Positions 1-11,770 of a stretch of DNA of 64,000 bases are shown piece by piece. Positions within the stretch are counted from its first letter, which is position 1. Each line of letters starts with the position of its first letter. This DNA comes from an uncultured Chloroflexia bacterium (lineage in GTDB: Bacteria > Chloroflexota > Anaerolineae > Anaerolineales > UBA4823). Both the position numbers and the translations under genes were made by a program. The notes beneath the pieces were generated by a model that worked only from the letters and a program-made list of their open reading frames with translations, had not been told where the DNA came from and did no database searches. The stretch covers positions 8,981-72,980 of the forward strand of contig CAWHGE010000017.1 of assembly GCA_963828845.1 (NCBI GenBank). Direction: 5' to 3'.

Positions 1-95
1 TGCGTGATCTTTCATAGCTTACTCCCTTGCCATTACGTTATATTGAATATCGAGCTCCCCATTGGCAAGGGAGTGTTTCCTGCCAGTAAGATTGC

Positions 96-278
96 CTGCC
101 GGGCGACCTGGAGCTGCTTGCCTTGGTCGCAGCTGGCAGGTCGAACAAGGAGATCGCCGCTGAGCTGTATATCTCTTTAGGGGCGGTCAAGCGACACACA
201 GTGAATATCTTCAATAAATTGTATGTCCAGAACTGTACACAGGCAGTGGCTAAAGCACGCCAAATGGATTTGCTATAA
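96..278 (+). pseudogene. Orphan LuxR-family C-terminal HTH remnant
   Basis: Manual translation: ELLALVAAGRSNKEIAAELYISLGAVKRHTVNIFNKLYVQNCTQAVAKARQMDLL*; in-frame TAA at 87-89 upstream, no ATG. Confidence 0.75.
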
Positions 279-300
279 TTTATTTCCCCAATAATTAGAG

Positions 301-326
301 AAAAGCCTTGGATATCCAAGGCTTTT
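301..326. terminator. Perfect palindrome, probable bidirectional terminator
   Basis: aaaagccttggat/atccaaggctttt followed by T run, after LuxR remnant stop. Confidence 0.7.
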
Positions 327-756
327 TTATATTTTTCTGGCAGGAGAGTATGCGCATGGTAGGGTATTCACTTGCTCATTTTGATCTTATACGATATGTA
401 CGCCGACTATAGATACAAGCTAAAGCAAGTGTTTTTAGTCCATGCATCGCTCAATATATTCGGCTTTTAACACGAAAGTTTATGGGCCAGGTATCATGCA
501 CTCCTCTCTGTACCCAACCCACTGAGAGGCAACCGTATCCTGAGTCATCAGTCAATGTATGTCAAAAAAATAAACTTCCTGATACTACTTTTGGGGCATG
601 ACAGACTCCTGGGTTTATCGCTAAACTGTGTATAAATCAAGGCATTAATTTGCTCACGAAAGTGGTGTAAACGAACTATATGATTGTTCGATATCTTCCA
701 ATGAAAACCAAACCTTCATTCAAAAATTCAGAAGCGAGAGAAAAAGGAGCTAAAAA

Positions 757-1725
757 ATGGATTCTCCCAATAACCTGGTAATTGAAACTCACAACCTGAG
801 CAAGGCTTATAAAGGGGTGGAAGCCCTGAAAGATCTCAACCTGAAGGTACGGCAGCATTCCATTTTTGGCTTTCTTGGGCCGAATGGGGCTGGCAAGACC
901 ACCACCATCAAGTTGCTGCTTGGCCTGTCCCGTCCCACCGGGGGCTCGGGGCAGGTGTTCGGTTATGACATCCAGCGCGCGAGTGCTTCCATCCGCAAGC
1001 GAGTGGGGTATCTGGCACAGGCCCCGCGCTACTACGAGCACATGACCGCCCGAGAAACTCTGCGCTTCACTGCCCGGTTCTTCTACTCCGGCCCGGCAGC
1101 AGAGATTGAAAAAAGGGTTGAAGAAACACTCGTGCTGGTTGGTCTGGCAGACAAGGCCGACCGCCCGATCAAGGGCTTTTCCGGCGGTGAGCGCCAACGG
1201 TTGGGCATCGCCCAGGCCCAGGTCAACTATCCCGACCTGATCATCCTGGATGAGCCGGCTGCCTCGCTTGACCCGCAGGGCCGCCATGATGTTCTGGAAG
1301 TCATGGAAAGGTTGCGCAAGCATACAACTATCTTCTATTCGACCCACATCTTATCCGATGTGCAGCGGGTCAGCGATACCGTGGCTATCCTGGACCATGG
1401 CAAATTAATCTCTCAAGCGCCCATTGAAGAGCTGCTCGATTCCAACAGCCAACCGGTCTTCACTCTGGCACTCAAAGGCGAGACGGATAAAGCACGCCTG
1501 CGCCTATCGAGCCTTCCATGGGTGACCGCCATCCAGGCCAGGCCAGTTAACAGCCACATCAATTGGGAGATCACTGTTACGGATGAAGCCATTGCTGAGG
1601 TTCAATTATTGCCCCTTGTACAAACGGGTGGTGAAGTCACTGTGCTTGAATATGGTCGCAAAAAAGTTGATCTTGAAGACATCTTTTTATCCCTTACGGA
1701 AGGAGATCAAAATGGAAAGCACTAA
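757..1725 (+). CDS. ABC transporter ATP-binding protein (exporter type)
   Basis: Walker A GPNGAGKTT, signature FSGGERQR, Walker B IILDEP, H-loop STH; RBS aggag. Confidence 0.95.
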   Translation: MDSPNNLVIETHNLSKAYKGVEALKDLNLKVRQHSIFGFLGPNGAGKTTTIKLLLGLSRPTGGSGQVFGYDIQRASASIRKRVGYLAQAPRYYEHMTARETLRFTARFFYSGPAAEIEKRVEETLVLVGLADKADRPIKGFSGGERQRLGIAQAQVNYPDLIILDEPAASLDPQGRHDVLEVMERLRKHTTIFYSTHILSDVQRVSDTVAILDHGKLISQAPIEELLDSNSQPVFTLALKGETDKARLRLSSLPWVTAIQARPVNSHINWEITVTDEAIAEVQLLPLVQTGGEVTVLEYGRKKVDLEDIFLSLTEGDQNGKH

Positions 1726-2563
1726 TACTCTCAGAATCGTAAATGAACACGGTTGGCGCATGGGCTTTGCCAACCTGTTTCAAGTAGCAAGTGGCAGTTT
1801 TTGGCGCACAAAAAAGTGGCTGATCCAGATAGGTATATGGCTTTTGTGCCTGAATGGAATGCTCGCCAGTTTTTTATGGCAAATACCAGCTGATATGTTG
1901 TCACGGGCGGCTGCCTCTTTGGGCAATATCAAGACGATGGCGGCTGCAGAAGATAATCCTATAGCATTTGCCGTGATGATGTTCCTGATGGTCTGTTCGA
2001 TGGCGCTCCCAATCGCTGCCATAGTCGCCGGTCAGGAAGCCATCATCGGTGAGCGCCAATCCGGTACCGCGGCCTGGTTGCTATCCAAGCCTGTCTCCAG
2101 GCCAGCATTTATCTTGTCCAGGCTGGCTGTCAGCGCAGTTGGGATGTTAGTCACTGCGGTGGTGATCCCGGGTGCGGTTGCCTATGGCATGCTCTCTCTC
2201 AGGATTGGTGCACCGTGGCCAATCGCAGGATTTTTAGCTGCCATGGGTATGTCCTTTCTTAACTTATTTTTCTACCTTACCCTGACTTACATGCTTGGCT
2301 CAATATTCACCAGCCGGGGGCCTGTCTTGGGGATCAGCCTGGCCATGGCTCTGGCCGGTCCGGGCTTCCTGCGGACGTTGCCAATCCTCAAAGATTTCAC
2401 TCCATGGACTTTCTTCTTGAATATATCCGCAGATGTACCAGTGGGTCTTGCTTTGGCGCTCGGACATCCCCCCGTAACAGTTATACCCATCATTTGCACT
2501 GCGCTGAGTTGTTTAATCTTTGTCGCAGTGACCATCCTGCGCTTCCAGCGTGAGGAGTTCTAG
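1712..2563 (+). CDS. ABC-2 type permease
   Basis: Multiple TM segments, ERQSGTAAWLLSKPVSR motif, ends FQREEF; ATG 1712 after aggag overlaps ATPase end. Confidence 0.9.
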   Translation: MESTNTLRIVNEHGWRMGFANLFQVASGSFWRTKKWLIQIGIWLLCLNGMLASFLWQIPADMLSRAAASLGNIKTMAAAEDNPIAFAVMMFLMVCSMALPIAAIVAGQEAIIGERQSGTAAWLLSKPVSRPAFILSRLAVSAVGMLVTAVVIPGAVAYGMLSLRIGAPWPIAGFLAAMGMSFLNLFFYLTLTYMLGSIFTSRGPVLGISLAMALAGPGFLRTLPILKDFTPWTFFLNISADVPVGLALALGHPPVTVIPIICTALSCLIFVAVTILRFQREEF

Positions 2564-2574
2564 GAGAGTGAAGA

Positions 2575-3489
2575 ATGACTGCACAAAACATTCAACCGGT
2601 TGCACATAGCTTTAGAATAATGCAAACCATGAAAACAAGAGTGCTTACTACACTGGAAATCCTATTGGTATTTGCTGTTCTCATCGCATTGCGCGTATCC
2701 TTTCGTTCAGCAAGTATTGTGCAATGGGAAAAACAAAATCTCGGCTGGTCCTACACCATGATGTTCCTCTTCATTGGCATCATCGTGTTAGTCATACTAC
2801 TGACGCGCCGGAGCTGGGCAGAATACGGCGTTTCGGCAAAGAATTGGCGAACAAACCTGGATATCGGATTTAAAGCCTATCTGATTCGGATCCTCCCAGC
2901 TGTGATTGGGACTTTTGGTCCAGCCTGGTTGGGTTTGAATCTCAATGAGCTCGGTAAGGGGGTCTTCGAGGCCCCGCTGTGGATGATCGCCGTAGCACTG
3001 ATCGTGTGGGTGTTAAATCGCCAAAAGGAAGTTAAATCTGGCCGAGCCAATCTAATTGCCACCCTGCTGTTTTTAATCGTGCCGATTGGAATTGCACTGG
3101 CTGTGGGCAAGTTGAGCCTGGTGATCGTTTCGACGGTCGTCTGGCAGTTCATCTTTTCAGGGTTTGGTGAGGAATTTATCTTTCGCGGTTACTTTCAATC
3201 CCGGCTGAATCAGGCTTTCGGACGACCAGTGCATTTGTTCGGCATCCAGTTCGGAGTTGGTCTGATCATCGCCTCCCTCCTGTTCGGCCTCCTGCATGCT
3301 TTCAATGGATATGATCCCGCCATTGGATTTTCATCCCTTGCATGGGGTTCGGCGATTGGTTCGACTGTAGCGGGGTTGTTCCTCGGTGTGCTGCGCGAGA
3401 AGACCGGTACTTTGCTCGCACCATGCATCGCCCATGGCCTTCCTGATGCAGTGGGAGAGCCGATGAAAATAATTTTTGGTTGGTTTTGA
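2575..3489 (+). CDS. CPBP (Abi/CAAX, Rce1-like) intramembrane protease
   Basis: EEFIFRG, FGLLH, AH motifs; hydrophobic. Confidence 0.9.
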   Translation: MTAQNIQPVAHSFRIMQTMKTRVLTTLEILLVFAVLIALRVSFRSASIVQWEKQNLGWSYTMMFLFIGIIVLVILLTRRSWAEYGVSAKNWRTNLDIGFKAYLIRILPAVIGTFGPAWLGLNLNELGKGVFEAPLWMIAVALIVWVLNRQKEVKSGRANLIATLLFLIVPIGIALAVGKLSLVIVSTVVWQFIFSGFGEEFIFRGYFQSRLNQAFGRPVHLFGIQFGVGLIIASLLFGLLHAFNGYDPAIGFSSLAWGSAIGSTVAGLFLGVLREKTGTLLAPCIAHGLPDAVGEPMKIIFGWF

Positions 3490-3530
3490 AATAACTTATG
3501 AAGGATAAACACGATAAGTGAGGTGATAAG

Positions 3531-3671
3531 ATGGACACAAATGTAATCATTATCACCCAGCTCACCCGCTATTTCAAGGAGACTGTTGCAGTAGATCAGC
3601 TTTCGCTTGAAGTGCACGCGGGAGAGATCTTCGGCTTCCTGGGCCACAACGGCGCCGGCACTGCTGCATGA
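3531..3671 (+). pseudogene. Truncated ABC ATPase N-terminus
   Basis: [46 protein letters not shown]; breaks within Walker A; RBS gaggtg. Confidence 0.8.
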
Positions 3672-4014
3672 AGTGCCTGAGGCGATTGGATTTGTTGCAA
3701 TGCTATTCTTTTCATGATGCAGGTAGGGACGATATGTTGTTCAAAGATGCAGGAGGTACGAGCACTGGTGGAAGAGAGCTGATTCTAATGCCACCGGCAT
3801 TTTTTCGGCTTCTCGGCTTGTCTCCATTTCAACATGACTCAATATGATGAAATCAGACATCAGATTAACAGGATTTTCCCATACTCTTGTTAGAGTTCTC
3901 TGAAGATATCGAGGAACACGTTGTTTTGTGCGTACCCGACTCGTTTCAAGACCACGATGACGGGTATGTTCCTTGTCTGACAAGCAAAACAGTGTTTTTC
4001 TACCCTTTCAAGGC

Positions 4015-6144
4015 TTATGGTCCGATATAGCTTGTCCGTGTGGAGGTAAAACCATCGAAATATTCCGCCCCGGATGTACCCGAAGGGACAGTTTGTGGTC
4101 CTAAAAGCACATCTTCAAGCCGGTATCCACCATTGGCAATACCATTGCGGGTTTCCTTGAGCGATCCATCCAGCCATAAGCTGAGCAGACCATCCGTACC
4201 TTTAGCTAGTTGAGGCTGCTTGCCAGGCTATCTCTATTGCATGAGCAGAATTACTCATTGTATACCAGCTGGTGGTCAGTGTTTTTCCATTACCATTCAA
4301 GGATCATGCCACGTACCTGGTAACTACCGGATGCATACTGGAGCTGCAATCGGAAAATCACCACACCTGCGGATGTACGCCCGATGAAGAGGTCCTGAAG
4401 TTTCTTTCTTGGAAGGGCGACACCGTTGGGTGAGAAGTAAAAACGAGCATGATAAGGTGGCTTCAGCAGCAGGTGATGTATCTATGACGTAGATGGATTT
4501 GGTGCTGTTTACCAAAGCTTGCATGCCTTGTGTACCAATCATAGCAGCCTGTCCTGATACACTCAGCCGGCTCCCATCTGTAACGGCTGAAGACCAATGG
4601 CTAAGATCCCCTGATTCAAACCCGTCAGAGAAAATCGTATCTGGCCACAGGAGTAGACGTCGGTGAAGGAGCTGGTGTAGGAGTTGGTGAAGGAGCCGGT
4701 GTGGGAGTTGGCACAGGTGTTGCTGTCGCTGTAGGTAAAGGAGTTGGGGTCACACGGTTGCCAGCAGCCAGCCAATTATATGCTGCCAGAGCATCAAGCA
4801 TGCCATAACCAAAGTCATTATCCGGACCAGTTGAACCCAAGATCAACGGCTGTATTCATCAGAGCTGCAGCTTGTGATTCGGTGGAGAGTTCCGGAAAAG
4901 CGCTGATCAGCAATGCCAGCACACCAGAAACATGCGGAGCTGACATGGATGTACCACTGTGCTTGGGTGTACAAGCCATATAAATCTGTCGTGGTGATGT
5001 TCGCACCTGGGGCAACCAATTCAGGATAGATGCTTGATGATTCACCACAAGCGGAAGGTCCGCGACTGCTATAGGTCTGCAATGCACCAGAATTATCCAC
5101 TGCACCGACCGCGAAAGCTTCGGGATAATTGGCCGGGCTGACACTGGTGGAGGAATTCGGACCATAATTTCCTGCGGCAAACACTGGCAGGATACCCACC
5201 AGACGCAAGGACTTCAGGTCATTCTGGAATTCCAGGTTGCAACCGGGGCTGCCATACGACCATGAGTTGTTGACCACCTGTGGTGCATCGGCCGTGGCGG
5301 GGTTGCCGTCAGGGTCGAGCAACCACTGGAATCCCAGGTGGATTGCCAGTGGCAGTGGCTGTGCCACTATCATTGAAGATCTTCACCGCAATCCACTGGG
5401 CCTGTGGAGCCACTCCAAGTGTGGTTCCAGAGCCATCAGCAGCGACCATCACACCCATGGTCCAGGTACCATGACCGTTCAAATCGGTGGGTGTGGTGGG
5501 GTGTTGGTTGTACGGGTCATACCAGCTGTCACTGCCACCCCGCCAGCGAGCGCTTAGCTCAGGGTGACTGAGATCAACACCGGTATCCATATTGGCGACC
5601 ACAACACCCTGACCGTAATAACCAAGGTCCCACAATGCTGGGGCATTGATGGCTGAAAGATTACCCGCTGGTGCGGCCAGGTTCATCGTCCCAACAGGCA
5701 TGATGTCGGTTGTATCTGGCGTGATGCTTACCACATCCCCTCGGGTGGCAAGGGCCTGGATCACGTCTGCATGTCGCAGTGACTGACAATCCGTTGAAAA
5801 CCCAAAAAGGTATCACCCTGGCAACGCGACCTTGGGCTTGAGTCAGCTTCCAAGACTGACAGAGATCGCCTGCTGTGAGGTTCGAGCGAGGGCTTGTAGA
5901 GCTTCGATCACCACTTGCTGCCGATTTGGCAAGTTCTGCAGAATGCTGGTATCAGGGCGATATTGGTCTTTGAGGGTGACAATGACGGTAACCATTTGAC
6001 CTGGTTGCGAGTTGGCTAATTGAGCTTGCACTTCGGGGGCAATTTTGGCTGATGGATCGCTTGCTGCGCTTCTGGCAGCCTTTGCAATCCCAAATATGCT
6101 CAATGCAAGAACCAAAATAATAATGCCGGGTAATGTTTTTTCAT
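4015..6144 (-). CDS. Secreted S8 (subtilisin/bacillopeptidase F-like) serine peptidase with Pro/Thr linker and C-terminal beta domain; frameshifted
   Basis: Signal peptide, prodomain, catalytic NMDTG, HGTWTMG, GTSMSAPHVSG across fragments; PTPTP linker; ends YFDGFTSTRTSYIGP*. Confidence 0.85.
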
Positions 6145-6195
6145 TTGACTCCGATCGGAATATTATTGATAGCCAATTAGTTAAAAATCGTTGTT

Positions 6196-7048
6196 TTATC
6201 TGACAATAACAGGTTCTACACGCTCACGACCAAAGACAAGGCTGACTTCAGATCCAGCGTGAATCACCTGCTGGGTTGGGAAAAATATGATGAATACCTT
6301 TCCGGCTTTTAACCTGTTTCCATTGTGCGAATGCATATGGGGTGCCAGCACAAGAGATTGTTGATTGACAAGTAAAGCGGCCTGGTTTTGAAGAAGCATA
6401 TGTGCTTTTTCGGGATCAATAATTTTTAACCGCACATCCACAATGCTGTTCATCATGGATGTGGCCACCAGTGATACCTGCACACCATATTGCTCTTCTA
6501 ATTCAGAAAATGATGTTACGGGCGTATCGATCACCTGGTCCAGTGAACCAACATGATATCCAAATGCCTGTGTTACACGCGGTATCCCATCGATAGGTAA
6601 AGGCACTGATTAGCACAAGGATAAGCAAGCCAGTTACCGGCTGGATATAGCGAAGTGGCTGTTGAGCAGTAGCCGGGAGCAATTCACCAGTCAGGAGATT
6701 TTCCACGGGCGCAGGATAAATAGCAGGATGAAAAAGCCTTCCACCGCCATCGCTACAATCCCATAAGGCGTAAACCATTCCTCTACTTCCATGCCCGGCA
6801 TACCCTTGGTCCTGCTCCAGGCATAACCGGCTATCGAGCCAATGGCGATGAACAAACCGAGCATCCACCCCCAGAGCTGCTTGCGATAAATACCATAGGC
6901 GGCAAGCAATGCGCCGACGAAGTTTCCCACGAAGAGATAACCCATATATGCGGCTTCCTCAAATTCGCCTTGGGCGGTCATCAGGTGAAGCAGCCCGATT
7001 TCGAGGATGAGGACGATTGCAAACCATTGAAGTGAATTTAGATTTCAT
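6196..7048 (-). CDS. Membrane protein with C-terminal soluble domain containing HMHSH; frameshifted
   Basis: Fragments 6691-6981, 6503-6868 and 6196-6606 join; several TM helices; C-domain paralogous to 7087-7584. Confidence 0.65.
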
Positions 7049-7086
7049 TTTTATTTCTCCGTATATCAATAATAACTCTCATGGTA

Positions 7087-7584
7087 TTACCTGGCATTGA
7101 TTGGCTCAACCGCGATATTGCCAAACAAAATCGTCACTGGTGTATCATGTTTGATTGCATTACCGGAGTTCGGATAAATGATGAAAAGATTACCCCCGGA
7201 GATGAACTGGATTTCCTGTGATTTTGTATCTTCGGGAGCGCTCAAAACAACTCCCTGCTCAGTATACAAAGTTGGGAAATTTGTTCTTATCAGCTAACAG
7301 CAGTTTCAATTTCTCACCATCCACAATTTTCAAGCGGACATCCACGAAACCACCTGCAGCAGTCACAGCGATAAGATTCACACGCAGACCATATTTTTCT
7401 TCCAGCGTGCCTTGCGAGATTACGACTGTTCCATTCGGAAGGGATGCAGCTTGAAATGCCCTGGATCGCATTGTTTACATATATGGCCGACACAATATAA
7501 GATCGATAGAATAATACCGATGGAAATAAATCTACTGGTTGATTTTTGTGGCACCAGGGTGTGGTTGGCTTTTATCGCTTGCAT
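7087..7584 (-). CDS. Membrane-anchored hypothetical protein; frameshifted
   Basis: N-terminal TM then LEEKYGLRVNLIAVTAAGGFVDVRLKIVD...VTILFGNIAVEPINAR; RBS aggag. Confidence 0.65.
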
Positions 7585-7663
7585 GATTTGTTTTCTCCTG
7601 ATTTTGGGAAGCCGTAGTCTCAGTAGATACAAGGACCTTCCACAATAAACCTGATAATTGCTT

Positions 7664-7701
7664 ATGGCTGGAGGCTCCAATGAATTGAGACCTCCAGCCA
7701 T
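7664..7701 (-). terminator. Stem-loop after third cupredoxin gene
   Basis: atggctggagg...cctccagccat inverted repeat. Confidence 0.55.
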
Positions 7702-7717
7702 TTGACTTAGTTATTGA

Positions 7718-10435
7718 TTATGGAATATCAAATGCATCGATATCCAGGTTGTTGCTGGTTAATCCATGTGCAGTACCATCGAAGTAAACGATCCAGGTAC
7801 CGTTGTTGTAGAACACAACATCCTCGTCCTGAACTGTTCCAAGACCTGGCACATGTTGTATCAGTAGCAAACGAGAGGTAGAAGTGAGTGGTATCAACCC
7901 AAACCAATCCATCCACATTCGCTCCACTGGGGAGAGAATACGGAGATGCAGAGGCATCCACTACACGGGTATAGGAGCTACCACCATTCCAGCGGTAGAT
8001 ATCTGCATCATCGCCTGTACCACCAGCACCGGGGGGGTACATTACCATGTCTGTCGAGAAGTAAATGTGCCTCCGACAATACTGAATGCGTCGAGATCAA
8101 AGCTGGTTGCGTTGTCGAGACCAGGACGCTGTCCATCAAAGAACAGCTGACCAGGTACCCGCGTTGTAGTAGACAATATCTTCATCCTGCGACTGTACCG
8201 AAGCCCGGTAAAGTTGTGTCACCACTGAAGGACATGTAGAAGTGGGTAGCGTCAACCCGATCAAAACCATCCACGTTGGCATTACTGCATGGAATACCGA
8301 TGCGTAGATGGCATCCACCACACGACTGTAGGCTGTTCCGTTCCACAGGTAGATATCTGCATCATCTGCAGTTCCACCCACACCTGGAGGATTGGAATTT
8401 CCAAGCGGTCGAGAAGTACAGCGACTTGGTGATCACCAGGATCGTTGTGCTCATCGCACCCCAATTGCCTGCGGCATCCTTGGCATGGACATAGATGGTA
8501 TGGTTGCCATTGCTGAGGGCACCGATCACCGCCAGCGGGATATCTCCATAGCCTGATTCAGTCGGGCTGTTGAAGCTACCATCTGTAGCAATGAACACGA
8601 AGCCCGTGCCGGTTGTGCCAATCGTATCGAGGAAACCTTCAGCTGCGGCAATGTTGGAGCCACCAGTGGCTACATCACTGAAGTCGGCTGTCACACGCAC
8701 CGCCTGGTACACTGGTGTTGAAGCCTTGACTGCCATTGTTCGGATTGGGCGAAGCAGCGACGTTACTGGTGGTTGGAGCAGCAGTATCTGTCACCTGCAG
8801 GGTAATCGTTGCGACTGCACCCCAATTTCCAAACGCATCCTGGCTGCGCACCGAAACGACATGCGAACCCATGCTCAAACCAGCCGGGATCGTAGCCGTA
8901 AAGCTTCTTACAGATGAATCGGAACCAGCGACGATGTCATGGCGGTATGAGGCACCACCATCCACCCAGTATTCCGCCGCAGTGACGATTACTGTTGCCA
9001 GAGGCGGTGTCATTGCCGGTTGCAGTCAAGGCTACACTCACAGCCCCACTGCTTGGGTTCGGCGTAAGACTCAAACCGGATGTTGATCGGACCAGTCTTA
9101 TCCAGATTGAGCGTGATGGGACGGAAGGCTCCCCAATTCCCGAGAGATATCCTGACCGCGTACATAGATCGTGTGATTTCCAGAGGACAAGGTCTCCGAG
9201 TGTAGCCGCTGGGATCGTACCTGTAACAGATTCTGCAGTTGAGTCAAATGACCGCATCCACTGCGGTCATCGCAGTTGGCATGTTGGCAGTGCTATCGAT
9301 ATAGAACTCTGCTGCGAGTTACAGTTGGAACCACCTGTTGATCCATCAGCTGATGGTAGCATTGACGGTAACATCCACTGAACCGTTGGTCGGGTTCGGT
9401 GATAGGCTTATCGCTGTAACCGTTGGACCGGTGATCTACGGGAGGTGGCGGTGGTAGTTGCGCTCACAGTGAGAAAGGAAAGCATGCCGCCAAAGCTTGC
9501 TTGCCGTGTTATTGCGCAACAGCATATTGGCATCGTATACAGCGAACTTGCTTCCCACAGCGGCCGAGGCAGGGATGGTGACGATGGTATCCAGGGTCTG
9601 CCCGGTGGCGATCGTTTCTGCAACCACCTTGTGTGAGTAGAGATAGGGGCTGCCATCCTGCCCAATGATGGTCTGGGAAAGACCCAGGGTGCTCATGGCA
9701 TGCGCCTGTATACCTGCATTGACATAGCGCAGCAGCACTTTACCACCTGCAGACTACCGTCAAAGGATCCGTGCCAGGATAAGCCTTGCCATTGATCAGG
9801 AAGTACTTCGGGTTGAAATTGCGCATATCGAAGGAGGCCGGAGTGGCGACTGTGTTGAGCGCGGTATCGAGTTCGCTGAGCACCATAACAGTCTTCCTTC
9901 GGCAAAGTGCAGTTGAAGCATCATCATATGCCTAGCCCACGGCTGCAGTTGGGCGAACGATCAAGGCGCCATATAACCCCATGGCCACCTGATGCTGACC
10001 ATTGGGAGTCAGACCTGCTTCGTAGAGGAATGTCCCGGGGCTGCTGGCAGTGAAAGTATAGATTGTACTAGCACCAGCTGCCACACCGGTTGTATCCGGG
10101 ATCATTGCCTGACCCTGGAAGAGCAAGGACGTGGCTTCGGGAAGATCAGTTGTGTAAGGTCACCTGTACACAATCCCCCTCAGTGACATCCAATACAGGA
10201 CCAGGTAGACCAGCGGGATCGGTATCCAGGGCATGAATAGCCCCATATGGTCACTGAGGTCGTGCCATAACAGGGTGGCTGTTCCCGTCTTAGCCCATAA
10301 GTCAATATTGAAGACATGTAGGCGTGCAGGTGGCGGCGTAGGCCACTGATGATTTGAAACCAGCGCCAAACATCGCCATCAGCACTGACAAGTGCCATAC
10401 ATTATTTTAAGTGTATTACGTGTTATTGTTTGCAT
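7718..10435 (-). CDS. Secreted two-domain cupredoxin (MCO-like) protein lacking Cu ligands, with Ig-like repeats and C-terminal DADIY/QDED repeats; frameshifted
   Basis: TSLLFQGQ, PGTFLYEAG..QVAMGLYGALIVRP, YFLINGK, LLRYVNAG; three PNP..AAE..GNWG repeats; two GGT.DDADIY.WNG repeats. Confidence 0.8.
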
Positions 10436-10452
10436 GTTAGTCTCCTTAGCCC

Positions 10453-11752
10453 TTACGGACAAGTGTTGGGCTGAGGTGGATCAATCCTCAGGTAAGTGAT
10501 GGGACCAGACATGGTCTGACCAAAGGCATCCAGCTGGAAGAGGGCATGGTTGTGCGAGATGATGTAGTACTCGCCGCACTGGTTGAGCGTGCTGATGCCA
10601 GGCGGCATGGTTTGCATCTGACCCAAATATGGACTGCCACTGTAGAACATGCCGATGGTCACGTTTACCAGGTCTGGAACGGTGACTGGAACCGGATTTG
10701 ACTGGGCTATAACTCTCCGCGTCATACCATTTGAAGAGCACATCCCAGGTCTGGCCCGGACCGATGTTGACAGCGAATTTCTCGAACGATAGATCTTGAC
10801 CACCAGGACCTTCCAGCGGATATCCATCACGGCCGATCACCAATCCATTTTGCCCGTGGGGGTGGAATGGATATTCCTCCGAACCCACATTGATAAAGCG
10901 TTCCACGGCGGGGTATGGATGGGTGGCTAGCATCGTATGGATAGATGCGTGCCAGAGCGCCATAAGGTTGAGCAGGCAGCCAGGGAGCATAGTTATCGGC
11001 GATGCTATCTGGGAAACCGCGCCCATTGATCAGCCAGTAGCGGGCACGATAGTTGTTCAAGTTATAAGTTACTACCCTGAGTGAGTCCCACTTCCCAGGC
11101 TGCATGCTGGTAAGGGTCAACTTCAGAAAGCAGGGCCAGGAACTCCTCAGTGGGAGTGAATTGGCTGTCTGCCCGGTTATAAACGTAGTCAGCACCCGAG
11201 GCAGGTCGTACGATCAATGCTCCGAACAAACCCATGGGTACTTGTGTTTTGGTATCTGTCCCGCTCTCGTAGATGAACGTGCCGGGTCGTGGAGGCGATG
11301 AAACTATAGGTGACACTGCCACCCGATGGCTGCACTTTTGGTGAGCGAGGTGAGATTCCCACCTCCGATCAAACTCCGGCTGGGCGGGAGCACCATCTGC
11401 CAGGACATCTCTCCTGCCCGGGGAAGATGATCGAAGTGGAGAGACCATAGGGCAGGGAATTTTGTAGAGTAACCGTTACCGTGTCCCCTTCATTGACGCA
11501 CAATACGGGACCTGGATGCTGGAAGCCTGCCGGCTCCATAACTCCACATATACATGGTATTCATGTCTGGCATTTGGATGTAACCCGATTGAGCCGTCAA
11601 GGAAGAAGGCTCGGCTCCAGTAGGTGCAGACGATGCCCGTAGCTGGGTTTGCAGCTTTTGCGGATTGAACTGGTGCCAGTGGGCTCAATGCCAGCAAGCC
11701 CATCACGAGCACCATTACCAACCGCATCCATTTGAATTTTGATAGTATGCAT
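10453..11752 (-). CDS. Secreted two-domain cupredoxin (MCO-like) protein with domain-2 His ligands; frameshifted
   Basis: Signal peptide; SIIFPGQ, PGTFIYESG..MGLFGALIVRP, YWLINGRGFPD, PFHPHG, SHNH. Confidence 0.8.
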
Positions 11753-11770
11753 TTTATATACTCCTTTTGG

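Noticed and set aside
676..1347. Long antisense ORFs here and elsewhere (e.g. 17239-17778, 44278-44919, 54582-55265)
   Set aside because: Fully overlap well-supported genes on the opposite strand and have no motifs
4660..4760. Low-complexity ggtgtagg/ggagttgg repeats as a DNA element
   Set aside because: Encodes the Pro/Thr linker of the S8 protease
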